From: Octopus bimaculoides
Taxonomy: Eukaryota
DNA length: 64,000 nt
NCBI RefSeq assembly: GCF_001194135.2
Contig: NC_068981.1
Coordinates: 95,467,597 to 95,531,596 of the forward strand
Direction of reading: 5' to 3'
A program made the position numbers and the translations under genes. The notes beneath the pieces are model-generated. The model was given only the letters and a program-made list of their open reading frames with translations, ran no database searches and was not told the origin of the DNA. Shown one piece after another: positions 52,645-64,000 of the stretch; the stretch's first letter is position 1, and every line of letters begins with the position of its first letter.

Positions 52645-52800
52645 TATACGACGGGCTTCTTTCAGTTTCCGTCTACCAAATCCATTCACAAAGCTTTTGT
52701 CAGGCCGAGGCTTTAGTAGAAGACACTTACTCAATGTGACACCCAGTGGGACTGAACCCGGAACAATGTGGTTGGTAAGCAAGTTCCTTGCCACACAGCC
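52645..52800 (-). mobile_element. SINE family B 5' half
   Basis: Family B head and core. Confidence 0.88.
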
Positions 52801-52808
52801 ATATATAT

Positions 52809-52948
52809 ATTCTGTAAATAATAATTATAAGCCTTAAGCTCTTATAAGCTTTCACCGTATATTCGCTATAGAAAATAGTCTCATATTCTATAGCAAATAC
52901 ACGGTGAACGCTTACAGCCTTAAAGCTTATAATTATTATTTACAGAAT
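52809..52948. repeat. 140-bp imperfect palindrome (hairpin)
   Basis: Perfect 24-bp outer arms (52809-52832 / 52925-52948) plus a further paired inner stem. Confidence 0.95.
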
Positions 52949-52990
52949 TTTCAGGTGTCACCGTTTCTTAACTTAGCGCTGAACATATAT

Positions 52991-55900
52991 CATCATCATT
53001 ATCATCATCGTCATTTAACGTCCGCTTTCCATGCTGGCATGGATTGGACGTTTTGACTGAGGGCTGGCAAGCCAGGAAGCTGCACAACGATCCAATCTGA
53101 ACTGGCAAAGTTTCTACAGCTGGATGTCCTTCCTAGTACCAACCACTCCGAGAGTATAGTGTATGCTTTTTACATGCCACCGGCACGACGGCCAGTCAGG
53201 CGTTAATGGCATCGACCACGTTTGAATGATGCATTTTATGTGCCACCGGCACGGGGGCCAGTCAGGCGGCACTGACAACGATCACGCTCGAATGATGCTT
53301 TTTACGTGCCACAGGCACAAGACCAGTCAGGCGGCACTGGCATCGACAACGCTCGAATGGTGCATTTTACGTCCCACTGGCACGGGTGCCAAATAGGCGG
53401 TATTGTCATCGGCCACGATAATGACTTCACTTGAGTCAACAGGTCTTCGCAAGCGCAGTTTATTGCCCAATGATTGAAGGGTACTCTTAAATGGGCCGGT
53501 TATGCTGCACTGGCGCAGGCCACGGTTATGGTCTCACTTGGTTTGCCGGGTCTTCTCATGCACAGCATATCTCCAAAGGTCTCGGTCACTTGTCATCACC
53601 TCCGTGAGGCCCAACATTCGAAAGTCGTGCTTCACCACCTCATCCCCGGTCTTCCTGGGTCTACCCCTTTCACAGGTTCCCTCTATTACTAGGGTGTGAC
53701 ACTTTTTCACACAGCTGTCCTCATCCATACTAGCGCAGTCGTCTCACTTGCACACCACATCTGATGCTTCTTATGTCCAACTTTCTCACAGGGCGCTTCA
53801 TTTCTTGCAAGCTTATGCATTTCCTCAGCATGTTTCACTGCCATGTAGCATGGTTGTTCTCACACATGCGTCATACAGCCTACCTTTTACTCTGAGCGAG
53901 AAGCACTTTGTCACTAGCAGAAGTAGGAACTCTCTGAACTTTGTCCAGGCTATTCTTATTCTAGCAGCTACACTCTCAGAGCATCCACCCCCGCTACTAA
54001 CTTGGTCACCATGGTAACGGAAGCTATCAACTACTTCTAGTTTTTCCCCTTGGCGTGTGACGGAACCTGTTTTCTGCACATTTTCAGTGTTTATTGCTTC
54101 TGAGCATTTGCCACACACAAAAACTATCTTCCCAGTTAGCCTTCTTTTGATATTGCTGCACCTCTTATGTGTCCATAGCTTACACCGGGTACATCTTATG
54201 GAGTTTCTACCTAGGCCTTTTCTACAACTCGAGCAGGGCCATCTACCTGAAGGGATTTGTGATTTGTCTGCCTTCCTACTTATTAAGACTTTGGTTTTTG
54301 CTAGATTGACTCTAAGCCCCTTCGGTTCTAGACCTTGCTTCCATAGCTGAAACTTCTCCTCTAGTTTTGATAGTGACTCAGCTACTAGAGCAAGGTCATC
54401 AGCATAGAGGAGCTCTCAGGGGCATCTGTCTTGAATTCCTCTGTTATTGCCTGGAGGACTATGATGAATAAGAAGGGGCTGAGGACTGATTCTTGGTGGA
54501 CCCCTACCCTACTCGGAATTCTTCACTTTACTCGTTGCCAACCCTCACCTTACTGATAGCATCCCTGTACATGGCTTGCACAGCTATCACAACCACTCAT
54601 CTATCTCCAGTTTCCGCATTGACCACCAGATAAGGGATCGGGGGGACCCTATCAAAGGCTTTCTCCACGTCAGCGAAGGCCAGGTACCGAAGTTTATCTT
54701 TCGCTGGGTATTTCTCCTGCAGCTGTCTTACCAGAAATATAGCATCAGTGGTGCTCTTCCCTGGTACAAAACCAAACTGCAACTCGTCTAAACTGACTCT
54801 CTCCCTAATTAGTTGGGCTATGACCCTCTCCGTGACTTTCATTACCTGATCCAACAACTTGATACCTCTGTAATTATCTAATGCATCACCTTTACCTTTG
54901 TAGCAGTTGACTGTAGTGCTGCTACACCAGTCAATGGGCATGATTCTTTCATGTATCATCTGATTGGCTATACGGGTGACTAGACTATAGTCGACACTGC
55001 CAGATATTTTGAGCATCTCTGCGGTGATTCCTGATGGGTCGGGGGCTTTCCTTGTCTTCATACCCTTAATTGCTTTATCTACCAAGGTACTGTTAATTCG
55101 GATAGCTGGTCCCTGTGTTGGGTCGACATTCGGCAGACTCTCTTTCTCCCATTCATTCTCTTCATTTAGCAACCTTTCATAGAGGCGTCTCCAAGTATCT
55201 CTCTTTGCAGCCTCATTAAATGCAAGTGAGCCATCATCCATGCGGTCACATTGCTCTCCTATGACATCACGATTCTCTCTCACACACTGTCTTGCAATAC
55301 GAAAGACTTCAAGTGTTTGGTCCTCACGACGCAGAACATTAGCAAATTTTTTCTTATCTGCTTCCCCTCTGGCAATCTGATACAATTCCCTGCTACCACC
55401 GTTCTTCCAGTCTTTCTATGCCTGTTTCTTTTCTCTAATGGCCCTGTCAATTACATTGTTCCACTACCACGTTACTTTGGGTCGAGAGGGGACTTTGCAC
55501 CATCCACAGATCTGGTCAGTAGCCCTCAACAGGTTGTCCTGTAGGAACCTCCAGTTGTCTTTCACACCATGTGATGCTATATCCCCCTCTATTTCGTCAA
55601 AAGCTTCGAGTAATACCTCTCTAAATCTCTGTCCATTCGCAGGATCTTTAAGCTTCCAGACACTTCTTCTCCATGCTGGTCGTCTTCTGGGCATCCATTT
55701 AGTCCTGATCCTCAAGTCACTAACGACTAATCTATGTTGTGGGGTGCATTCTTCACCTGGGAAGGTTTTGGCATTTATAAGTAGCCATCTTTCCCGTTTC
55801 CTGGTGAAGATGTAATCAATTTGACTAATGTGTCCACCAGATCGGTAGGTGAATAGGTGATTGGCAAGTTTCTTGAAATTAGTATTACAAACCATAAGAA

Positions 55901-56243
55901 CTCCAGCAGCCTGGTCCCCTCCTCAATGGGGGAACCAAAACCATAGCCCCCATGTACGCCATGGAAGCCCTCTGCATGTTGTGCAACATGCCCATTGAAG
56001 TCGCCAGCCACAGAGAGAAGGTCCCTGTCATTTATCGACGAGATAGTCTGTAAGAGGATGTCATAAAATCGATCTTTCTGTTCATCAGGTAGCCCTGGCT
56101 GAGGGGCATAAGCCTAGATAATGGTTGCCAACCCATGTTGCAGTACTAATCTAATCTTAAGCATGCTGTCACAGACTCTAACTACCTCGATTACCTTATC
56201 ATCCCATTTTTCCGCAAGAAGTATACCCATGCCACCCCCCCCC
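52991..56243 (-). mobile_element. RTE-clade LINE body (APE endonuclease + RT), inactivated
   Basis: Minus strand: AYAPQPG, AGDFNGHV, SQIDYIF, QHRLVV (APE); QFGFVPGKSTTDAIF, DVEKAFDRVP, GVHQESVLSPLLF, LLYADDL (RT); RGRPRK; tail ending TTTAACGTCCGCTTTCCATGC and (CAT)n on +. Stops and frameshifts. Confidence 0.95.
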
Positions 56244-56925
56244 NNNNNNNNNNNNNNNNNNNNNNNNNNNNNNNNNNNNNNNNNNNNNNNNNNNNNNNNN
56301 NNNNNNNNNNNNNNNNNNNNNNNNNNNNNNNNNNNNNNNNNNNNNNNNNNNNNNNNNNNNNNNNNNNNNNNNNNNNNNNNNNNNNNNNNNNNNNNNNNNN
56401 NNNNNNNNNNNNNNNNNNNNNNNNNNNNNNNNNNNNNNNNNNNNNNNNNNNNNNNNNNNNNNNNNNNNNNNNNNNNNNNNNNNNNNNNNNNNNNNNNNNN
56501 NNNNNNNNNNNNNNNNNNNNNNNNNNNNNNNNNNNNNNNNNNNNNNNNNNNNNNNNNNNNNNNNNNNNNNNNNNNNNNNNNNNNNNNNNNNNNNNNNNNN
56601 NNNNNNNNNNNNNNNNNNNNNNNNNNNNNNNNNNNNNNNNNNNNNNNNNNNNNNNNNNNNNNNNNNNNNNNNNNNNNNNNNNNNNNNNNNNNNNNNNNNN
56701 NNNNNNNNNNNNNNNNNNNNNNNNNNNNNNNNNNNNNNNNNNNNNNNNNNNNNNNNNNNNNNNNNNNNNNNNNNNNNNNNNNNNNNNNNNNNNNNNNNNN
56801 NNNNNNNNNNNNNNNNNNNNNNNNNNNNNNNNNNNNNNNNNNNNNNNNNNNNNNNNNNNNNNNNNNNNNNNNNNNNNNNNNNNNNNNNNNNNNNNNNNNN
56901 NNNNNNNNNNNNNNNNNNNNNAGAT

Positions 56926-57023
56926 AACTATGACAAAATTAGATAAATGAATGAATAAATGACAATAATATGCTCATTTATTATTGTCATTTATTCATTC
57001 ATTTATCTAAATTTGTCATAGTT
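56926..57023. repeat. 45-bp-arm near-perfect palindrome, 8-nt loop
   Basis: Arms 56926-56970 and 56979-57023, one mismatch; loop TGCTCATT. Confidence 0.95.
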
Positions 57024-57099
57024 TGGCTGACCGAAAACTGTTGGTTATAGCTCCAGTTAAGAATTCAAATACCCAATTCTATCTCATTATTATCATTAA

Positions 57100-57582
57100 T
57101 ATTTTCTCACACCGGCAGCTTGAGCTTTTTGCTGTTTCCTGGTGTGCCTGCCCTTTCCACCCCACAACCTGTACCGGAAGTCTCTGTCCACTGACCTCTA
57201 TCGGATGTCTCTCCCATGAATACCTCCAATGGTTTAATGTTCCCCCATCTCTACTTAAGGTTTATCTCCTATGTAATGTAGTGATTATGTAACGCATAAA
57301 ACGATGGTGTGGTGTATGCAGGTTAATGGCTATTATATGTTTATGAGTTCTGGAAAATGCAAGCTTTCTTTTCAGGTACATGACACTGCTGCCCCCATCC
57401 CAGGGTCTCACGGGTTCACACCTCCCACACCCTCAGGGTTGGCACACTCAATGTGGGCACACTGAAAGGTAGGTCTGGTGAGATTGTTGAGATGCTTGAA
57501 CGGAGACGTGTAGATTTGTGCTGCACCCAAGAAGTAAGGTGGAGAGGAAGTTCTGTTAGGTTCCTCACAGGCAAAGAACATG
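57100..57582 (+). mobile_element. RTE LINE 5' portion (putative 5'UTR + endonuclease N-terminus), opposite to the body
   Basis: HTLRVGTLNVGTLKGRSGEIVEMLERRRVDLCCTQEVRWRGSSVRFLTGKEH at ~57427-57582; left boundary approximate. Confidence 0.85.
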
Positions 57583-57665
57583 GGTCGATTTCTTCGATTA
57601 AAACCTTTTAAGGCGGTGCTCCAACATGGCCGCAGTCAAATGACTGAAACAAGTAAAAGAATAAA
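57583..57665 (+). mobile_element. SINE family B terminal tail fragment
   Basis: GGGTCGATT...GGCGGTGCTCCAACATGGCCGCAGTCAAATGACTGAAACAAGTAAAAG; starts abruptly at the RTE junction. Confidence 0.85.
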
Positions 57666-58612
57666 AAAATATAATAGTAGTAGTAGTAATAGTAGTAGTA
57701 GTAGTAGTAGTAACAAACAAAAGAAATAATATAGTACTCAATACTATAAAGCAAAGTGTTAATTTAATTTGGTCGGCTGAAATCAGCACTGATAATTACT
57801 GATAACAATTTATTTGCATGAAAATCACATTATTCTTTCAATATGGTGGATTTTCATGTATGTATGTGTTTCTGTATGAGCATGTATGTGTGAGAAATAG
57901 TTGAACGGATGGCATTACATTTTGGGGTGATCCAAAACGATTTTGAAAAATTCCCTTAGAAAATTGTTTTGTTATTATTGTTGTGACTGTTTTTTATTTT
58001 ATTTTATTTTATTTTATTTTGTGTGTAGTAGCTACTGCTAGTTAGTTCTAGAAGTACTTTTGCTGATATAGTTTCAGAATAGAGTTTCTAACCGTACTGA
58101 TATAGCTATAAGTACAGCTAGAACTATTAGAGCTAGTTATAGGAATAGTGTTAAGCAGAAAACATGTTCTCAGTGGTAATTAAGATAATGAACTGATAGA
58201 ATCGGTAGACTCTCGGACAAAATATTATGTTTTATTCTTCCCTTTACATTCTCACTTCAAATCCCATCGCAGTCAATTTTGTCTTTCATCACCGTAGAGT
58301 CGATAAAATAAAGTACCGGTACAGTACTGGTTGTTGATATAATTGAACGAAGCTTTTTTTCATATTTCTGGCCTTTTGCCTACATAACAAATCTCTATTT
58401 AATTTTTCTTCTTAGTGCTAATGTCCTCGGGAAATTCTCGAGGGCAGCAATCTCTTATACTTCTCTCCCTAAAAAAACAAAACAAAAAAAAACAGGGTTC
58501 AAGCAACCAGACCTGCTCATAAAAAATCAGTAGTCAAACTATTCTCATATTTCCTAAACGTCATGATTCAAAGCAATTGATAAATATCGATGTTTTTCTA
58601 GTTACTCATCTC

Positions 58613-58678
<66 letters not shown>

Positions 58679-59190
58679 NNNNNNNNNNNNNNNNNNNNNN
58701 NNNNNNNNNNNNNNNNNNNNNNNNNNNNNNNNNNNNNNNNNNNNNNNNNNNNNNNNNNNNNNNNNNNNNNNNNNNNNNNNNNNNNNNNNNNNNNNNNNNN
58801 NNNNNNNNNNNNNNNNNNNNNNNNNNNNNNNNNNNNNNNNNNNNNNNNNNNNNNNNNNNNNNNNNNNNNNNNNNNNNNNNNNNNNNNNNNNNNNNNNNNN
58901 NNNNNNNNNNNNNNNNNNNNNNNNNNNNNNNNNNNNNNNNNNNNNNNNNNNNNNNNNNNNNNNNNNNNNNNNNNNNNNNNNNNNNNNNNNNNNNNNNNNN
59001 NNNNNNNNNNNNNNNNNNNNNNNNNNNNNNNNNNNNNNNNNNNNNNNNNNNNNNNNNNNNNNNNNNNNNNNNNNNNNNNNNNNNNNNNNNNNNNNNNNNN
59101 NNNNNNNNNNNNNNNNNNNNNNNNNNNNNNNNNNNNNNNNNNNNNNNNNNNNNNNNNNNNNNNNNNNNNNNNNNNNNNNNNNNNNNNNNN

Positions 59191-59237
<47 letters not shown>

Positions 59238-59240
59238 ATC

Positions 59241-59300
<60 letters not shown>

Positions 59301-59733
59301 TCAAGTAAATTAGATTACAACAAATCACAATTTCAGTTATTTTACTAAGTTCTAAATTCGATGATTTTATAACGGAATTTTAATTACTGTAGAGTTTCCC
59401 CTTCTGTGTATGTTTATGTGTGCGTGTGCATACCTGTTTGTGCGTCCGTACACGTGTCTACGAAATGAACAAAGATTACACGTTTTAACTACGCTTTTGT
59501 TTGTCCTGGAGTCCGTACATGTGAACTTGTTTGAAAGTAATAATGGGCAAACTGTGGGCCTTTCTGAATGACCCTCTAAACGATAAGTTACCTTGAATCT
59601 TTTTAGTAGTGTGGCCCGTCCGATGATTAGCCATGTCTCATGCAGTCCGCTTCTCGAAGGAGGTTTCTTATGCATGAAACAAGTTAATCTTAGCAGCATA
59701 GCTCATCGGTAGTCATCTGTCGTGCAATGGAGT

Positions 59734-60074
59734 TGGCACTCCATCGCTTACGACGTGAAATTAGAGTGCAAGTGGCTGAGCACTCCACAGCCACGTGTAC
59801 CCTTAACGTAGTTCTCGGGGATATTCAGCGTGACACAGTGTGACAAGGCTGACCCTTTGAATTACAAGCACAACAGAAACAGGAAGTAAGAGTGAGAGAA
59901 AGTTGTGGTGGAAGAGTACAGCAGGGTTCGCCACCATCCCCTGCCGGAGCCTCGTGGAGCTTTAGATGTTTTCGCTCAATAAACACTCACAACGTCAGGT
60001 CTGGGAATCGAAACCGCGATCCTATGACCGCAAGTCCGCTACCCTAACCACTGGGCCATTGCGCCTCCACCATA
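59734..60074 (-). mobile_element. SINE family C copy (internal deletion)
   Basis: 9-bp TSD CAATGGAGT at 59725-59733 and 60075-60083. Confidence 0.92.
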
Positions 60075-61613
60075 CAATGGAGTAGATCTTTGAAAATTCT
60101 GAAAAATAAATTTATGCATCCGCTTACATTCTTTGAAATAATGATTCCGTTTTCTCTGCTCAAGCCCACACTAATGCCATTAAAAGACCATTTCATTTTG
60201 CAGAGTAGGAACAAGTCCACCAAGTCGCTTCCATTAGAACTCTCTATGAGACATAAATATTGCTCATCTCATCCTTCTTAACGTAGCAATTATCCTTGTA
60301 TTTAAAAGAATACGAGTAAGCCCACAGCTAACACTAAGTAATTACATAAGCAAATTTAGCCTAAATGTAAGAAATTCATTGCTTACATAGCATCATCAGA
60401 GACGTCAATTACTCTAAATGCGGGCTGTTTATTTGACATATCATCAGAAAAAAATAATAAAAATATTTACTCGTGCAATCAGAACAATGAGTTATCTGAT
60501 CAATAACACGGTTGGATATGGATATGCAATATTAATAGCTGTCTGTGCACCAACGAACGTTTATACTTATTACAGTAATTTAATATATGTAATATTTGTT
60601 GTTACGGTTTTATCTATTAATGTGCCTAAGGCTCACGATGCTTTTTGGATGTATTAAAACACAAAGGCAATAAACTGAAGTAAATCGAAATTAAGTGAAA
60701 TTATCTTATAAGCCTATGCGCATGTCAAATAAATATACGCGCATGCGCTAGCATTTTGGATATAAAGAATGTTATAAATGATTACAAACCATTGATCTCT
60801 TTCCGACGTTAAATCTCCTTCCTACGTTAGATCTCTTAAGGTCTTTAGTTTAGATATTGATATCTCTAATTTACAATGTCTTCATATTCTAGCACAAGAA
60901 ATAACTCTAATTCAGGTTTTACGGTATTGTAAATAATTGCAGTTAAAGGAAAGTCTGAGTGACAATTAACAGACGTTATTGCTAGTTATATGGCATAAAT
61001 GATTCCACAGACCTAGTAGTCTCTTTTCTTCCCTAGTGTCGATTAATAGTACCTTTTATCAAGTTGTGATCTTTCATACATTACATTGTACTTATATATA
61101 GAAAAGAGCAACTTAACTCATATGTGTCTGCCATGTTACTTCATTCCTGTATGTCCTGCATCCAACTTCCAACCAGTCAATTTACTCTTAATATCAACGG
61201 TAAAATCAACACCACTATTAAACTTTGAAGCTCGAGAAAACGAATATACTATATGGCATTCCACTATTTATGAACACACTAATAGACAACTAAAACTCAT
61301 TAAAAGTCCTTCAAAGTCAAGACTTTACTTTAACCTTTATGGTAACATCACAACCCCTGCAGTGATGACTGTATCTCAAAAGCAGGATTTCTTTTTCAGA
61401 GTAACAAAATGTTTCAACATAGACATTAGTTAATTCTAAGAAAATAAACAATTAAACCTATGCTTCAAAAAAGTAGTTAATTATTCAGTTCATTATGTAT
61501 CAGTATTGAGAAAATTGAAAGTAAAGTTGTGTTATTAGTTTAGATACCATTTCTTTTCTCTTATGGACAGAAATTTCCTTAGAATTAAGCATTTTGTTGA
61601 ATCTTTTGGATTT

Positions 61614-61658
<45 letters not shown>

Positions 61659-62095
61659 NNNNNNNNNNNNNNNNNNNNNNNNNNNNNNNNNNNNNNNNNN
61701 NNNNNNNNNNNNNNNNNNNNNNNNNNNNNNNNNNNNNNNNNNNNNNNNNNNNNNNNNNNNNNNNNNNNNNNNNNNNNNNNNNNNNNNNNNNNNNNNNNNN
61801 NNNNNNNNNNNNNNNNNNNNNNNNNNNNNNNNNNNNNNNNNNNNNNNNNNNNNNNNNNNNNNNNNNNNNNNNNNNNNNNNNNNNNNNNNNNNNNNNNNNN
61901 NNNNNNNNNNNNNNNNNNNNNNNNNNNNNNNNNNNNNNNNNNNNNNNNNNNNNNNNNNNNNNNNNNNNNNNNNNNNNNNNNNNNNNNNNNNNNNNNNNNN
62001 NNNNNNNNNNNNNNNNNNNNNNNNNNNNNNNNNNNNNNNNNNNNNNNNNNNNNNNNNNNNNNNNNNNNNNNNNNNNNNNNNNNNNNNNNNNNNNN

Positions 62096-62147
<52 letters not shown>

Positions 62148-64000
62148 CAATAATAACAAAATAAAAGTTCTCGTTTAAAGGCAAAAGTAAGCCAAATTTC
62201 CATTTAAAGGCAAAAGTAAGCAAATCATTCTTGTATCCATAAATCATTCGTTTGTTCAATATTTTTTTTTTTTTTAAAGAATCATTCGAACTCACATAAC
62301 CTTTTTGTAATTGTCTGTCCTGTTATGTCGAATTCTATGTACGATCTTATGATTATAATAAAGAATTTATCATCTTGTCATAAGGGTTTCTATTAAAATG
62401 TGTGCAATGGTTGTTTTATTCACTATTCTTATAATGTAAAATGACGTAATATGGATGACTTCTTTTGCATCTTATTGATATGTTTCTAACTACGCAGGAC
62501 ATGACAAATAACTCATAGCGTAAGATTTGTTTTTCTCCAATTGGTTGATCAAGATCTTCCTTATTGTTGGAGATAATGGAGACATTGATCCTGGACTTCT
62601 ACTATACACCTCTCCTATTCTATTATTAATTTTCTCTTGTCGGCTACATGTGGGCACTGACAATGTTGCCGTTAGGTTTGTTCATCTGAGTAGTCTGTGT
62701 CCAGTGAGTAGTTTGTTTTTTTCACCTACTTTTCAATTTTTCGTGTAAGTTTTCTTTTGCATCTTACCTTTTTTTCTTTTCTTGCCCTTCATATTACTGA
62801 GTACCTTTGATCATTCACTTCTATTTTGAAACTCTGCAGAGTTTACTATCTTTGGGATATTTTTCCCTGCTTATATATTACTTGCAGCAAACTTTCTTCG
62901 TTTTCTTTTATGTATACTTCCAATCTAATTATTTTTGCTTTGTATTTGAATTCCATCTGTCTCAGTTCTTTGCTTCCGAACTGATTTTCTTGTAAAGCTA
63001 GTGAATATCTGCTTATGAATGATGTGTTCTGTATATAGTAAAGAAACTCCTAGCGTTGGTATCCAATATTAGTACCTCTCACATACACAAACACACGATG
63101 CTAAAGTTATAAAACAGTAGATAAACTGCGGTAAAATTAACTCGTAATTTGTTCTTTGCGTACAGGCCTTTGAATTCGCTTGCGTCACATTTCTGAGAAT
63201 AACGTATTTTAATCCTCCACTCAAATGGCCGTTTCGTTTTGGTCATAATTATGCGTTGTGGAGTGAAAACAGTTTTATTTAATTCCAGAATATGAAAGCT
63301 TTGCAAGTCAGAGGTATCTAAGCCAACTAATCAAATTATCAGAATTAATTTTATTAACTTTATAATTGTCGAATTTATAGCAACTAATTTTCTAAGAAAA
63401 ACAATATACCATGAGTCACAGTTGTCCTAAATGTTAATTACACTGGAAAAAAAGAAGAGAAAACAAAGCTAATTTTATCTCCATATTGAACATCCTGGAA
63501 ATAATTGTTCTTTATGATTAATTTGGTTTTATTACAAACACTAGTTATTGTTTATATTTCTTTTTCAATTCCGTAAAAAAAAAACACATTAGAAATAATT
63601 TTAATGACTCTCATTTGCATATTTTCGATTTGAAAAATATTTTACAAATCACAAATATTTATTTTTAAGATTCATTGTAGATTTATGAATATCAATTTTT
63701 GACATGCTTCTTATTAATGGGGGGGGGGGGATGAAAATTTATTAATAAGCAAAGTTATAAAAATATTGCTGTTAAATGGACGGAAAAGTGGTAGAAGTGA
63801 CAAACGTAAAACTAAATGCCTCGCAGTGGATAATCGATAAAGTAACGGACACGCTGGATTTAGTTGTATACACCAACGTTCTGAGTTCAAGTCTTGCCGA
63901 TGTTGACTTTGTCCCTTTGGAGTCAATAAGAGAACCACCACTTAAATTATTGTTCGGTATTATTTAAAAGTGCTTTTGACTTCTCATATAAAATACATTT

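Noticed and set aside
52955-52980. TTTTCAG acceptors at ~52954 and ~57377 as the missing third Ly6 exon
   Set aside because: The first hits a stop within five codons in phase 1; the second reads into RTE sequence; neither has the RGC/CN cysteines.
2047-62295. Long ORF-track entries rich in X, YI, HT, CV, poly-N/I/L/E
   Set aside because: They are translations of N-gaps and microsatellites, not genes.

Overview
AT-rich, microsatellite-rich eukaryotic genomic DNA from a gapped draft assembly. About 20 N-gaps, most flanked by simple repeats. The repeat content (several tRNA-headed SINE families, RTE/R4/Penelope-type retroelement debris, Tc1/mariner, Tigger/pogo and hAT MITEs) suggests a coleoid cephalopod, probably Octopus (inference). 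Almost all ORF-track entries are microsatellite or gap artefacts. The only host gene I can support is two + strand coding exons (43775-43841, 48949-49086). They splice in phase 1 to give a signal peptide plus the N-terminal five cysteines of a Ly6/uPAR three-finger protein; the remaining exon(s) were not found. Most notable: (i) a tRNA-headed SINE with a Penelope-type minimal hammerhead ribozyme tail, preceded by an inverted tail copy with an intact catalytic core; (ii) an RTE LINE whose 5' end lies inverted, as in twin priming, with long hairpins on both sides; (iii) two SINE-into-SINE insertions at the same head position; (iv) a foldback element enclosing TTAGGG repeats; (v) an isolated 18S rRNA fragment.
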